Below, in pieces: positions 26,801 to 35,294 of a stretch of DNA of 64,000 nucleotides (position 1 is the stretch's first letter; every line of letters starts with the position of its first letter). This DNA is from an uncultured Verrucomicrobiota bacterium (GTDB lineage: Bacteria; Auribacterota; JABMQX01). The translations under genes were made by a program, and so were the position numbers. The notes beneath the pieces were generated by a model, which saw only the letters and a program-made list of their open reading frames with translations, had not been told where the DNA came from and searched no databases. The DNA is taken from assembly GCA_964482435.1 (NCBI GenBank), contig CAYZXL010000006.1:64661-128660 (forward strand), read 5' to 3'.

Positions 26801-28729
26801 AGGCGCTGTGAAAGTCGCCGTGGCCGTGTTCGGGTTACTGAGAGTTACAGCCGGCCCTGAGACCTGCTCCCATTTGTATGTCACTGCGTTGGGCGAGTTC
26901 GTCCCGTCCAGCGTGACCAGCGCCCCTTCCTGCTCCTCTCTATCGGGCCCCGGGTCAGCCACTGCCGTCGTCGGGTCCTGGTCGGCGTAAACCTCCAACT
27001 CGGCGATAGACGTGAAGTCAGCCGAGCCTCCGGGGACACCATATATCCTCAAGCCGACGCCGTGAACTCGAGTGAAACTTATGTCGTATCTCGCGTATGC
27101 CGCATGCCCGGACATCTGGTCGGTGAAATTATAAGCCGGATAGATGCTCAAGCCCCGAACGTCTTTCCACGTCGTTCCGTCTTCCGTGTACTGGACTTTC
27201 AAGCCCGTCCACCACCCGCCATTCGTGAAAATGCCTCCTTGATAATAGACGACATGCTGGAAGTACAGCGCTTCGCCCCACGTATAGCCCCACCAGTCAT
27301 CGTCCATTAGCAGGTTGTTGTACCAGCTATCGAAACTCACGCCGGTGTTCCCATCGTTCATGACCTTCGCGAGGTTCCAACCGACGTGCGGCCTCTTGGC
27401 AAAGGGCGAAGCATCCGTCCTCAACGCCAAATTGCGCATCGCTGTGTAGGTTATTTCCTGCGAAAGAGGGCCGTCGCCCCCGCCGCCACCTGGGATCGTA
27501 TTCCAGCCTTTGACCGCAAAGGTCAGCGTCTGCCCTTCCGCCATGCCGCTGGTTTCTCTGAAGGGATCCGTGACCCAGTAGAAGAAGTAAAGTCCCACGT
27601 CCAACTTCAGCCCGACTCCGTATTTGTCCGCATCAATGAGAGGGTCCCATTCCAGCCTGAAGCCGAGCCCTGCGGCCCCCAGGTCCTCCGGGAACGTGCG
27701 CAGGTTGCTCGGAGCTACTGTCGGGGCGTTTTTCGCGCGAACAGTGATGACCACCGTGTCGCTGGTCTCCCCGTCCGGCGCTTGGGTTGTCAATTTGAAA
27801 GTCAGAACCGTGCCCACCGTCAGAGGCGGCGCAGTAAAATGCGAAATTCCGTTTGAGGGGTTGGCATTATCGAGGGTCACCGTCGGCGTCCCGGCAGTCT
27901 GCTCCCAGTGGTAGCTCGTCGGCCCGCCAGACGACCCGGAACCGTCAAGCGTCACCGCGTCGCCCGCCCACGCAATCTGGTCCTCGCCCGCGTACGCGCC
28001 CTTGTTGATCTCGATGTTGTCAACCGCATGAACGTTGGTATCGCCGCCGGTAGCCGCCGTAAAACCGAAGTACGCGTCGTAAGGAACGTAGCCGGAGATG
28101 GTATAGTCGAATATCTGCGTCTCCGACATGGGGGTTGCCATCGTCGGGTTGCTCATCCACATCTGCAAGTGCCCCTCGTTGAACTGGATTATTACATGAA
28201 ACGGCGCCGGCAGTCCCCCCGACGTACCCGCGTCCTCCATTTCCGGGATTGTCGCGTTCGTGGTCAGGTCCGTCCGAGCAGAAGGGGTCACCTCGCTAAT
28301 GGCGATGTAGTTTTCAGGCTCGGTCGCGCCACCGGAGTACGTGTCGAACCTCACCCCGTATCCGTCCAATCCGTCGAAACCCATGGAACCGCCCCCTCCA
28401 CCTAAGAGCGACGGCCCTCTCACCCACGCGAATGTCATGCCGTCAGCTCCGTTTCCTCCACCAATCCAGAAATCGAACGCGACGCTGAACCTCTGGCCGC
28501 TCATCTTCTCGAACCAGAAAATCGAGCCAGTTTGGCTACCTACGGCGTCGGTCAGAAACATAGCCTGGTACGTGGCGTCCCACACGGCGTTCCCGCTCAC
28601 AGTCCATTTCCCAAGGTCCGGCGACACGTCGAACCTTTCCACCACGGTTGCCATGACTGCCATTTGTGCACCAGCCAGCAGCACAATCGCCGTTAGCCCG
28701 ACAAGTCCTGAGAATCGAATCGCTTTCAT
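23828..28729 (-). CDS. giant secreted adhesin-like protein of 1,633 aa: an N-terminal L-type (legume-like) lectin domain, PKD/Ig-like domains, a discoidin (F5/8 type C) domain, further beta-sandwich domains, and a conserved ~60-aa C-terminal module
   Basis: The signal peptide is MKAIRFSGLVGLTAIVLLAGAQMAV. The lectin signature is …FWIGGGNGADGMTFAWV. The discoidin-like block ends FTSIAELEVYAD. The C-terminus is VSLSWTAFGGGQYTVQQRDDLVSGTWANAPGTWPTTATSWTSEDVSGVKKRYYRVMAP. Confidence 0.8.
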   Translation of the reverse strand: MKAIRFSGLVGLTAIVLLAGAQMAVMATVVERFDVSPDLGKWTVSGNAVWDATYQAMFLTDAVGSQTGSIFWFEKMSGQRFSVAFDFWIGGGNGADGMTFAWVRGPSLLGGGGGSMGFDGLDGYGVRFDTYSGGATEPENYIAISEVTPSARTDLTTNATIPEMEDAGTSGGLPAPFHVIIQFNEGHLQMWMSNPTMATPMSETQIFDYTISGYVPYDAYFGFTAATGGDTNVHAVDNIEINKGAYAGEDQIAWAGDAVTLDGSGSSGGPTSYHWEQTAGTPTVTLDNANPSNGISHFTAPPLTVGTVLTFKLTTQAPDGETSDTVVITVRAKNAPTVAPSNLRTFPEDLGAAGLGFRLEWDPLIDADKYGVGLKLDVGLYFFYWVTDPFRETSGMAEGQTLTFAVKGWNTIPGGGGGDGPLSQEITYTAMRNLALRTDASPFAKRPHVGWNLAKVMNDGNTGVSFDSWYNNLLMDDDWWGYTWGEALYFQHVVYYQGGIFTNGGWWTGLKVQYTEDGTTWKDVRGLSIYPAYNFTDQMSGHAAYARYDISFTRVHGVGLRIYGVPGGSADFTSIAELEVYADQDPTTAVADPGPDREEQEGALVTLDGTNSPNAVTYKWEQVSGPAVTLSNPNTATATFTAPSGPPIIIGNTDFVFRLTVTDSQSRSSSAPVVITVVDADAVIISTAGTDTVVQEGAEAHLVGGGTVHGMNFKWKQIAGPTVNIANDTQANTTFRAVPVFVDTTLTFEFTVDNGAGQHSATATLNILVLDRDGGIEARKLDMTSIFNRDGIRSLAVGTQPGDGFDNGGDCLIENGFSGWPGLPSDKKVQDFQLGDFDAVNMFSVFLDDGDTTFSLAGQQGVFERLRFLTGAGNGYGGSATDKLKVQLVYNDLSTQEFLLLSQDWYLGSPPRTPPAPLTLAIGGMMRATGTATSDFGLFAFEFGAAQTNRTLTDIVFMESDPDSTIGAPSADNRFNILAITAYPPTPVKTARVLPTSYQAGTNVNGEIYVHVEPGTPPSSVTLREQIPAGDFTVVSVSPGGTAAGGFITWTFSGAQVTSRVLSYSLGVPASQAGTVGFSGTLSYGLVTNQPVGGDQMIYELPSAPVNVDAEMLLVTHLSWSAPGQEGVAGYNVYRSVNSGSWELIATLSGTTYMDTSVSSGNTYSYKISAFNAVGAEGPASEPTAEAALPAMTIREAEDFNFGGGMYPWVKGTAIPAIEAPSATDIGTPQQYDFWHPNKTGTNTYRPLDAVGIETVLDYGTTDVYHTNVGWIRPGSWWRYGFNVTQPGWIKLVFRVATGQSLATIAAYWDEAPVGAATFSTFPTGQWQLYTYVVFDQFEEKDTGEHFLRVEAQGPIPDQDVFNFDKIGVGFGWTPPTREVIWSDTFDTYSTDADVKAGGWTIENGSGYADAAWRLWDTEGPLLNNQDPNLVGMYDKYMITDSDLAPDALLDERLVSEDIDCTNHMKLRLSFNKNYRAYEDLDHLQVAEVGIQVFENGVWGNWVNLRRWDRTTTTGTDSSPELLDLSAYGGRKIRLSWHFYDAKWDYWFAIDQVQLSGERVVRPTPKPNIGKVGNAVSLSWTAFGGGQYTVQQRDDLVSGTWANAPGTWPTTATSWTSEDVSGVKKRYYRVMAP

Positions 28730-29395
28730 AGTGCCCTCCTGTGATGAATGTCTATTTCATCAAGCCGTTGCTCAATGCCGAAGAATTAACCGAACCTCAT
28801 GCCTATCGCCTGCCGGTACGCCAGACGGTGGTCGTGCCACCTCTGGATACTTCTCGCCAGGCGCGACCGGCTCACATACCCGATTGCCTCCGCGGGTTGC
28901 CCGTTCCGAACAAAACCCCAGCACACGCGGCTTGTCCCACCAGACCGGGATAACGAAGTTATTGCGTCTCGTTCCGACAGTATTCGCCGACGGGAAATCA
29001 TGGAAGCGAGGAGTGTCACAGATTGCACACAAAGTGAAGCAAGAGATGTTGCGAAGGGATTTGACGGTGTGGGCGGTGCGGACAGAATGCCCCACCGGCG
29101 GTTGATCATTCCGAAGAGAAACAGTCACTTGCATGGAGACGTCGCCTTTTCTCTTTCGAAGCCATCCTTATAGTATGACCGGACAATCTCCCCGTCAACT
29201 GAAAAATCCACGCCTTCGTAACCCATCGGTTACGCGCGCTCGTGAGGTCATCGCTTGACCCCGGGGCGGTTCTCGGGTCGCACACCATGCACCCAGCTCG
29301 CCCTGACCCGGTCCAGCGGGCAAGCCCTGGCGACGGAGGGCAAAGATGCAACACATGTCCCCCTGAAAAGCAAAGCCGCGAATTTCCAGACAGCG

Positions 29396-29430
29396 CCAAA
29401 AAGCGAACCAGCCCCCGCAAGGGGGGCTGG
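29396..29430 (-). terminator. Rho-independent terminator of giant gene 2. On the minus strand the stem-loop reads CCAGCCCCCC-TTGC-GGGGGGCTGG and is followed by TTCGCTTTTTGG.
   Basis: A 10-bp GC stem with a 4-nt loop and a U-tract lies 28-60 bp downstream of the stop codon at 29458. Confidence 0.5.
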
Positions 29431-29457
29431 TCGTTTCCACCTACGAGGTCAGGGGGA

Positions 29458-32400
29458 TTACTGCCCCATAACCCGATAGAAGAGTTTCTTGTTGCCGGAG
29501 ACGTCTCCGCTTGTCCAGGTCTGCGCGCTGATTGGCCAGGTGCCGGGGGCGCTTGTCCACGTCGCGCCGACGAGGTTGTCCGTCTGCTGGACGGTGTATT
29601 GTTTGTTCCCGAAGACCGTCCAGGTGAGACTGACCTGCCCGACGGAGGGAGTGACCTTGGTTATCTTTCCCGCCTGTATGGGCAGAGGCTCTCCGGACAC
29701 CCTCACCTGGTCCATGGCAAACCAGTAGTCCCACTTCGCCTGGTAGAAGTGCCATCTCACCTGTATCTTCTTCTTGTCGGCAAGCGAAGCAATGTCCACC
29801 TGCTCGGGGGTGCTGCTGCTGCCGGTGTTCCTGTCCCAGTGACCCAGGTTCACCCAGTTGCCCCAGACTCCATTGTCGAATACCCGGATGTCAACCTCCG
29901 CAACCTGGAGATGGTCCGGGTCCTCGAAGTACCTGCTGTAGTTCTTGCTGTAGTTCAGCCGAACCTTCATGTAGTTGCCGCAGTCAACCTCCTTGCTGAC
30001 AAGCCTCTCGTCCAGCGTAGCATCCGGAGCAAGGTCGCTGTCGGTGACCATGTACTTGTCGTACATACCAGGCAGGTTCGGGTCCTGGTTGCCCAGTTGT
30101 CCCATGCTCCCATCCGTGTCCCACAGCCGCCATGCCGCGTCCGGATACCCGGAGCCGTTCTCAATTGTCCACCCGCCGACAGACTTGACATCAGCGTCGG
30201 AAGTGTAAGTGTCAAAGTTGTCGGACCAGATGGTTTCTCTTGGCGGCTTTGCCCAGTTGTACCCGATGGCTATCTTGTCGAAGTTGAACACGTCCGCCGC
30301 TGGGTCTGGACCTAACGCTTGAACTCTCAAGGTGTGCAATCCGGTGTTGGTCTCCTCGAATTGCTCCAGAGGAACGTACGTGAACAGATGCCAATCGCCG
30401 GTGCCCGCGAAGGTCGGGGCGCCAATCAGTGTCTCATCCCAGTAGGCGGTGAAGCTCGCTTGAGTGAGCGGACTTGCCAGCCTGAACGTCAGCTTTATCC
30501 AGCCGGGCTGGGTAACGTTGAAGGTGTACCGCCACCAGCTGCTCGGCCCTATCCACCCGATGTTGGTGTGATACTCGGTGGTGCTGCCGTACTCAAGCAC
30601 CGTCTCGATCCCTATCGCATCGAGAGGACGATAGTCGCGAGGCCCTCCCTTGTGGGGCTGCCAGAAGTCGTACTGTGCGCCCAGATCAGTGGCCGAAAGA
30701 GCCTCGTTAGCAGGGACAGTCGTGCCGGCGACCCATGGCCACTGCCCGCCGCCGTAGTTGAAGTCCTCCGCCTCCCGAACGACCATCGTCCCGGGAAGCT
30801 GTGCCTGCACCGTAGGCGAGGTCTGCGGCCCTTCTACCCCGTGCACGCCGAGAGCTGAGACCGCGTAGCTGTAGTTGTTGCCAGCGGTAACCATAGAGTC
30901 AACAAACGACGTGGCGGTGGTGGAGCCTATCAGCTCCCATGTGCCGCCGTTGACGCTCCGGAAGACGTTGTAGCTGACAACGCCCTCCTGCGGAGGAGCG
31001 CTCCAGCTCAGGTGAGATGCCATCAGCATCTCCACCATCAGATACGTCGGTTCCGTGGGAACTGGATACACAAGGTTTTCGCCGACGATGTCTGCCGTAG
31101 TCGTCCCGAAGGAAACAGCGCCGGCAAAATCAAGAGCCTCCGCCCTGTCCTCCGGAATGCTCAACGAATAGGCTATGGGGCCCGTCTTGACATCCGTCCC
31201 GCTGAGAGTCCAGAGTATCTTTCCGGCGGAAACCACAGCCCCCGGTGCGACAACGTCATCCTCCGACAGGCCGGCAGGAATCTCCTCGCTGATGGTCACG
31301 GTGGTCGGCTTGTTGTTCGGATTGACCTTCAGGGTGAGTGAAACGTCCATCGTCCCGCCAAGTTCACAGGAGGCAGGCAGGTTCCTGACTGCGTACGCAT
31401 CCGTGAGGACGAACGCAGTCTTTTCCTTGAGCTCTCCAAGTTTTGCCGTGGCAAGAGCGCCCCCATCGTGGCTCGTGACGCAGATTCCCACGTAATAAGG
31501 CGCCGCAATGGGAATGGTGTGCTGTGTCGGGAAGTTCCAGAGACTTCCCACAATCCAGTCGGTTCCGTCGAAGGAGTAGTAACCCACCCAGAGGTCCACC
31601 TTGCGCTCCAGCTTCAGCCAGACCGGGCCGGTAAAATTAAGCGTGCCGTTCACGAAAGGTTGATTGCCGCCTGTTCGTGCGGCCGCGCCAGCTTTCGTGG
31701 TCCTGTACTGCTGAACCATCCCGTTGTCGCGCGACACAACGAGGTCCATGAACACAGAGTCTGCATCGAGGTCCTGCCGCGCCATAAGCCCGACCTTCGT
31801 CCAGGCGTTGGGCCACGTGGCCGGAGGGTTGTCAATCCGCACGGAGATGCTGGAGAAATCACTCCCAACTTCCTTATACACGAACCGGAACCCGTCGTCG
31901 TTGTCCCAGATGTCCTCCCCATCGCCAGTGACGGTGTAGGTCTGCGTGTTGGGGTCGTAGCTCGAGGCGCCGGCGATATTGTTGGGGTTGCTGACAGTAC
32001 CGGAGATGTCTCGTGCGGACAGACTCAATGGGTCTATAAGCACGCCGTCCTCTATGATGTTCTTCACATTGACAGTGATGGAATCAGTGCTGACCCCGCC
32101 AACTCCATCGCTCACCTGAAGCTGGAAAACGAAGTTCTCCCTCAAGTCCCACAGGATTGGGGCAGTGAAGGAAGGCGTCGCAGTATTTGGCACGGTAAGG
32201 GTCACAGTCGTCCCGCTTGTCTGAGTCCAGGCGTATGTGAGGCTGCCGGAGGTGGTGATGGAGCCGGTCCCGTTGAGCGTCACAAGGCTGCCCTCAAGCA
32301 CTGTCTGGTCCGGGCCGGCAACGGCCGTCGTGACGAGATTCTTCACGGTGATCGTTACATCATCGGTCTTCGTTTCCGTGCCGTCTCCGGCTGTAAACTG

Positions 32401-34380
32401 GAAGGTTAAAAGGGTATCGGCTTCCACGCCAGGGGCAGTGAAGGTGGCGATGGCCACGTTGGGGCCATTGATAGTTACGCTCGGTCCTCCTGTCTGGACC
32501 CACTGAAGTCCGCTGAGAGGTCCCTTTTCCGAGAAGGAGTGGCTGCCGTCGAGAGTTCCCTGAGCCCTCTCGTTGACAGCAGCGTCCACGCCGTAAACCA
32601 CCAGCGGACCCACCGTCCGGTCGCCGTAAACCTCCAGTTCCGCGATAGACGTGAACGTCCCCGTCCCGCCAGGCGTGCCATAAATCCTTATTCCATTGCC
32701 TCTGACCGTCGGAAAGAGAATGTCGTATCTCGTGTAGTTCCTCCTCCCGGCGGCGCTGTTTGCGAAATCGTACGGCGGGTAGATCGTCACCGCCGGGCCG
32801 TTAATCCACGTCGCGCCGCCGTCCTTCGTGTACTGGACGCCTAAGCTGGTAAACCAGCCGCCGTTTGCGGCAATGGTGCCGCCGTAGTAAACCACTCTGT
32901 CAAAGAAATGCGGCTGGTCCCAGAGGTATCCCCAGAAGTCCTCGGACTTCACTGGCCCGCCCGAACTGTTGTTGCTGACATTGAGAATCTGGTCGTTCAT
33001 CCCGCCAATGGCGCCACTGGAAAACGTGTACGTTACTCCCTGGACAGGAGGAAGCGGCGGATATGCCCCTCCCGGAGCTGGAAGAGCCATGTTGTGCATC
33101 CCTGTGTACACCACGTCCACCGACTGAGCGCCGTGCAAGGAGGGATCGGTGTTAGCGTTGGGGTCGCACCGTTTGTTTTCGCCCCGGATCGCCACAATTT
33201 GTTCCTGGTCTTCTGCCAGGCCGGGGAAATCCATCCAGGTGTTCGTCGTGTTATACAGCCAGTAATACTTGTCGAGTTTTAACGCGACGTGGTATTTTTC
33301 CGCGTCGAATACCGGGTCCCATTGCACCCGGTAGCCCAGCTGCCCTGGCTGGTCTATTGGAAAAACGAAAATGTTGCTCGGAGCCACCTTCGGAACGTTC
33401 GGCGCGTAAACAAAGATTTTGACCTCGTCGCTCGCCTCCCCCTCGGTGGGAGAAATCACCGTGATTTTGAAGGTGAGAAGGAACCCGACGTCCACGGCAG
33501 GGCTATCGAACCACACCTCCTTTTGATTTGCCGAGGGTTGCAGAACAGCGGTGAACCGGTCCTGCCCTCCGGTCTGGGTCCAGGCGTAACTTGTCGCATC
33601 GAGAGGGCCGGTGCCGGTCAGTGTTACCTTCGTGCCGGCGTCAATTTTCTGGTCGGGTCCTGCGCCGGCGGTGACGGCTTTCCAAACCTCGATCAGGCAC
33701 AGGTCCCCGCCGCTGTCGTTCGCCGAGGCAGGAATGTTATCCTGCTCCACAACGAGGAATCCTTGTGTCACTTCGAGAACGGGGCTTTCCGGCTGGGCAA
33801 TGAACACCGGGGTCTCCTCTCCGGCTACAGGGGGGCCAACAAACGGCGGGACAACCTTGTCCTCAAACTCGACGGTCCAGAAATTTGCATTGGCGGGCGG
33901 AACGTAATCGTCAACGAGGACCACAGCCGTGCCGGCATCCCCGTCGCGAACGCGGATCGTTACGGAGTGATTCGAATTGTCTCCGTCACCGCCCGAAGCA
34001 ACAAACCTGTACTTCGCGTTCTCCAAATCCACTCGGAAAAGCATTGGCGGTGTTCCGAGGGATTTCTTGACGGCAACAAGCTGGTCGTAAATCTCGTCGT
34101 CTCCGGTGTAGTCGCCGCGGTTATTGGGGCTGTCGTCCAATGACCCCGTGTAGGTGTAGCCGTGTCCCTGCGCCGCCGAGTAGGTCCAGTTGGCGCCGCT
34201 GCTCTGAGACACCTTGATGTACTGGACGCTGGGAACGTTATAGGTGGCGCGGGTCCAGTCGTCCGCGCCGAAGGCGAAAGCCTTGGTGAGCTCGTAGGCC
34301 CCAAATGCCAAATTCGAGACGCATAGAAGGATAAACATGGACAGGATAAGGCCGATCGAGAAATGGCGAGTCGTCTTCAT
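29458..34380 (-). CDS. giant secreted adhesin-like protein that is a paralogue of the 23828-28729 gene, with the same lectin / PKD / discoidin / C-terminal-module architecture
   Basis: The start is an ATG at 34380 (MKTTRHFSIGLILSMFILLCVSNLAFGA); the ORF track extends it to 34443. Several stretches are ~80% identical at nucleotide level to the downstream paralogue. The discoidin block FTSIAELEVYGD is conserved. The C-terminus is …VSLTWTVFGNKQYTVQQTDNLVGATWTSAPGTWPISAQTWTSGDVSGNKKLFYRVMGQ. Confidence 0.8.
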   Translation of the reverse strand: MKTTRHFSIGLILSMFILLCVSNLAFGAYELTKAFAFGADDWTRATYNVPSVQYIKVSQSSGANWTYSAAQGHGYTYTGSLDDSPNNRGDYTGDDEIYDQLVAVKKSLGTPPMLFRVDLENAKYRFVASGGDGDNSNHSVTIRVRDGDAGTAVVLVDDYVPPANANFWTVEFEDKVVPPFVGPPVAGEETPVFIAQPESPVLEVTQGFLVVEQDNIPASANDSGGDLCLIEVWKAVTAGAGPDQKIDAGTKVTLTGTGPLDATSYAWTQTGGQDRFTAVLQPSANQKEVWFDSPAVDVGFLLTFKITVISPTEGEASDEVKIFVYAPNVPKVAPSNIFVFPIDQPGQLGYRVQWDPVFDAEKYHVALKLDKYYWLYNTTNTWMDFPGLAEDQEQIVAIRGENKRCDPNANTDPSLHGAQSVDVVYTGMHNMALPAPGGAYPPLPPVQGVTYTFSSGAIGGMNDQILNVSNNSSGGPVKSEDFWGYLWDQPHFFDRVVYYGGTIAANGGWFTSLGVQYTKDGGATWINGPAVTIYPPYDFANSAAGRRNYTRYDILFPTVRGNGIRIYGTPGGTGTFTSIAELEVYGDRTVGPLVVYGVDAAVNERAQGTLDGSHSFSEKGPLSGLQWVQTGGPSVTINGPNVAIATFTAPGVEADTLLTFQFTAGDGTETKTDDVTITVKNLVTTAVAGPDQTVLEGSLVTLNGTGSITTSGSLTYAWTQTSGTTVTLTVPNTATPSFTAPILWDLRENFVFQLQVSDGVGGVSTDSITVNVKNIIEDGVLIDPLSLSARDISGTVSNPNNIAGASSYDPNTQTYTVTGDGEDIWDNDDGFRFVYKEVGSDFSSISVRIDNPPATWPNAWTKVGLMARQDLDADSVFMDLVVSRDNGMVQQYRTTKAGAAARTGGNQPFVNGTLNFTGPVWLKLERKVDLWVGYYSFDGTDWIVGSLWNFPTQHTIPIAAPYYVGICVTSHDGGALATAKLGELKEKTAFVLTDAYAVRNLPASCELGGTMDVSLTLKVNPNNKPTTVTISEEIPAGLSEDDVVAPGAVVSAGKILWTLSGTDVKTGPIAYSLSIPEDRAEALDFAGAVSFGTTTADIVGENLVYPVPTEPTYLMVEMLMASHLSWSAPPQEGVVSYNVFRSVNGGTWELIGSTTATSFVDSMVTAGNNYSYAVSALGVHGVEGPQTSPTVQAQLPGTMVVREAEDFNYGGGQWPWVAGTTVPANEALSATDLGAQYDFWQPHKGGPRDYRPLDAIGIETVLEYGSTTEYHTNIGWIGPSSWWRYTFNVTQPGWIKLTFRLASPLTQASFTAYWDETLIGAPTFAGTGDWHLFTYVPLEQFEETNTGLHTLRVQALGPDPAADVFNFDKIAIGYNWAKPPRETIWSDNFDTYTSDADVKSVGGWTIENGSGYPDAAWRLWDTDGSMGQLGNQDPNLPGMYDKYMVTDSDLAPDATLDERLVSKEVDCGNYMKVRLNYSKNYSRYFEDPDHLQVAEVDIRVFDNGVWGNWVNLGHWDRNTGSSSTPEQVDIASLADKKKIQVRWHFYQAKWDYWFAMDQVRVSGEPLPIQAGKITKVTPSVGQVSLTWTVFGNKQYTVQQTDNLVGATWTSAPGTWPISAQTWTSGDVSGNKKLFYRVMGQ

Positions 34381-34912
34381 TTTGGCACCCCCATGACGTT
34401 TTTGGTGATGAAACCTGTCTCCCGTGCAGAAAACTGCCCGCACGGCGTTCGTTTTTCTATCGTTTCTTTCCAGCGGCGCGACGGCGCGAATCGTCGTGGG
34501 AACTGAGCAAAGGGCATGGGCAAGTAATCATAGCAGATAGTCAGTCGCATGGGCTATAGCCTGGGCAGGAGATTTGAAAATCTAAACCTATGAAGACTTA
34601 TAACCTGTAACCGCCCCTGCCGAAGCAGCCTTTATGGTTCGCCTCCGTTTGCGCCGACGCAGGCGTACCTGCATTCCATTTCAGCACGATTTCGCGCGTG
34701 TCAAAGAACAAATAGCAAGAGACAACTCCCGACTGTCAGTCTCCGATGGTTCTTGTACACACGCTTTCACCCTTTGTCAAGCCTTTTGTGCCCGTACCCG
34801 CAAGCCCTCACTGACGGGCGGATTGCGGGTGTCGTCCGCGGGCGGGTTGGCCGGGCATGTTGCCCCTTAACCCGGTCGCAGGCGAGGGGCCTATGCCACG
34901 CTTCCCCGCACA

Positions 34913-35178
34913 CAGCCGGGCTGAGGGGTGCGGCTGTATTTCAGTGGGTGGCCGTGGGGGGGGTAACGCCGCCGTCTCGGCGGCAGTCGCGAGGGCGTCT
35001 CGCCCTCGCCCTCGAGGGCAGGATGCCCCCGGCACAGCCGGCAAGATGCCGGCGGTACAGCCTAACCCCGGGACTTCTGCCAGTTCCCTGGTTCACCAGG
35101 GCCCACACCTGAGGCCCATGTTGGCCAACGCCGGGAACCCTCCCACCACTGAAATACAGCGGCACCCGGGCTCAGCCG
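34913..35178. mobile_element. MITE-like 266-bp intergenic element bounded by terminal inverted repeats of ~33 bp, with 20/21 matches in the core GGTGCGGCTGTATTTCAGTGG. A partial copy lies at 62924-63014.
   Basis: TIR-L at 34913-34947 is CAGCCGGGCTGAGGGGTGCGGCTGTATTTCAGTGG. TIR-R at 35146-35178 is CCACTGAAATACAGCGGCACCCGGGCTCAGCCG. Internal segments (GGGCGTCTCGCCCTCG and CGGCAAGATGCCGGCGGTACAGC) recur at 62924-62994. Confidence 0.35.
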
Positions 35179-35294
35179 CCATTGCGGTGGGCGGGGGAAT
35201 TCGGTATAATAATTGCAGGATTGTACGTAGAGCATCCCCGAAGTGGCTTTGACTGCGGTGGACAGCCGGGAGGCGATTTCATAAAGGAAACCTG

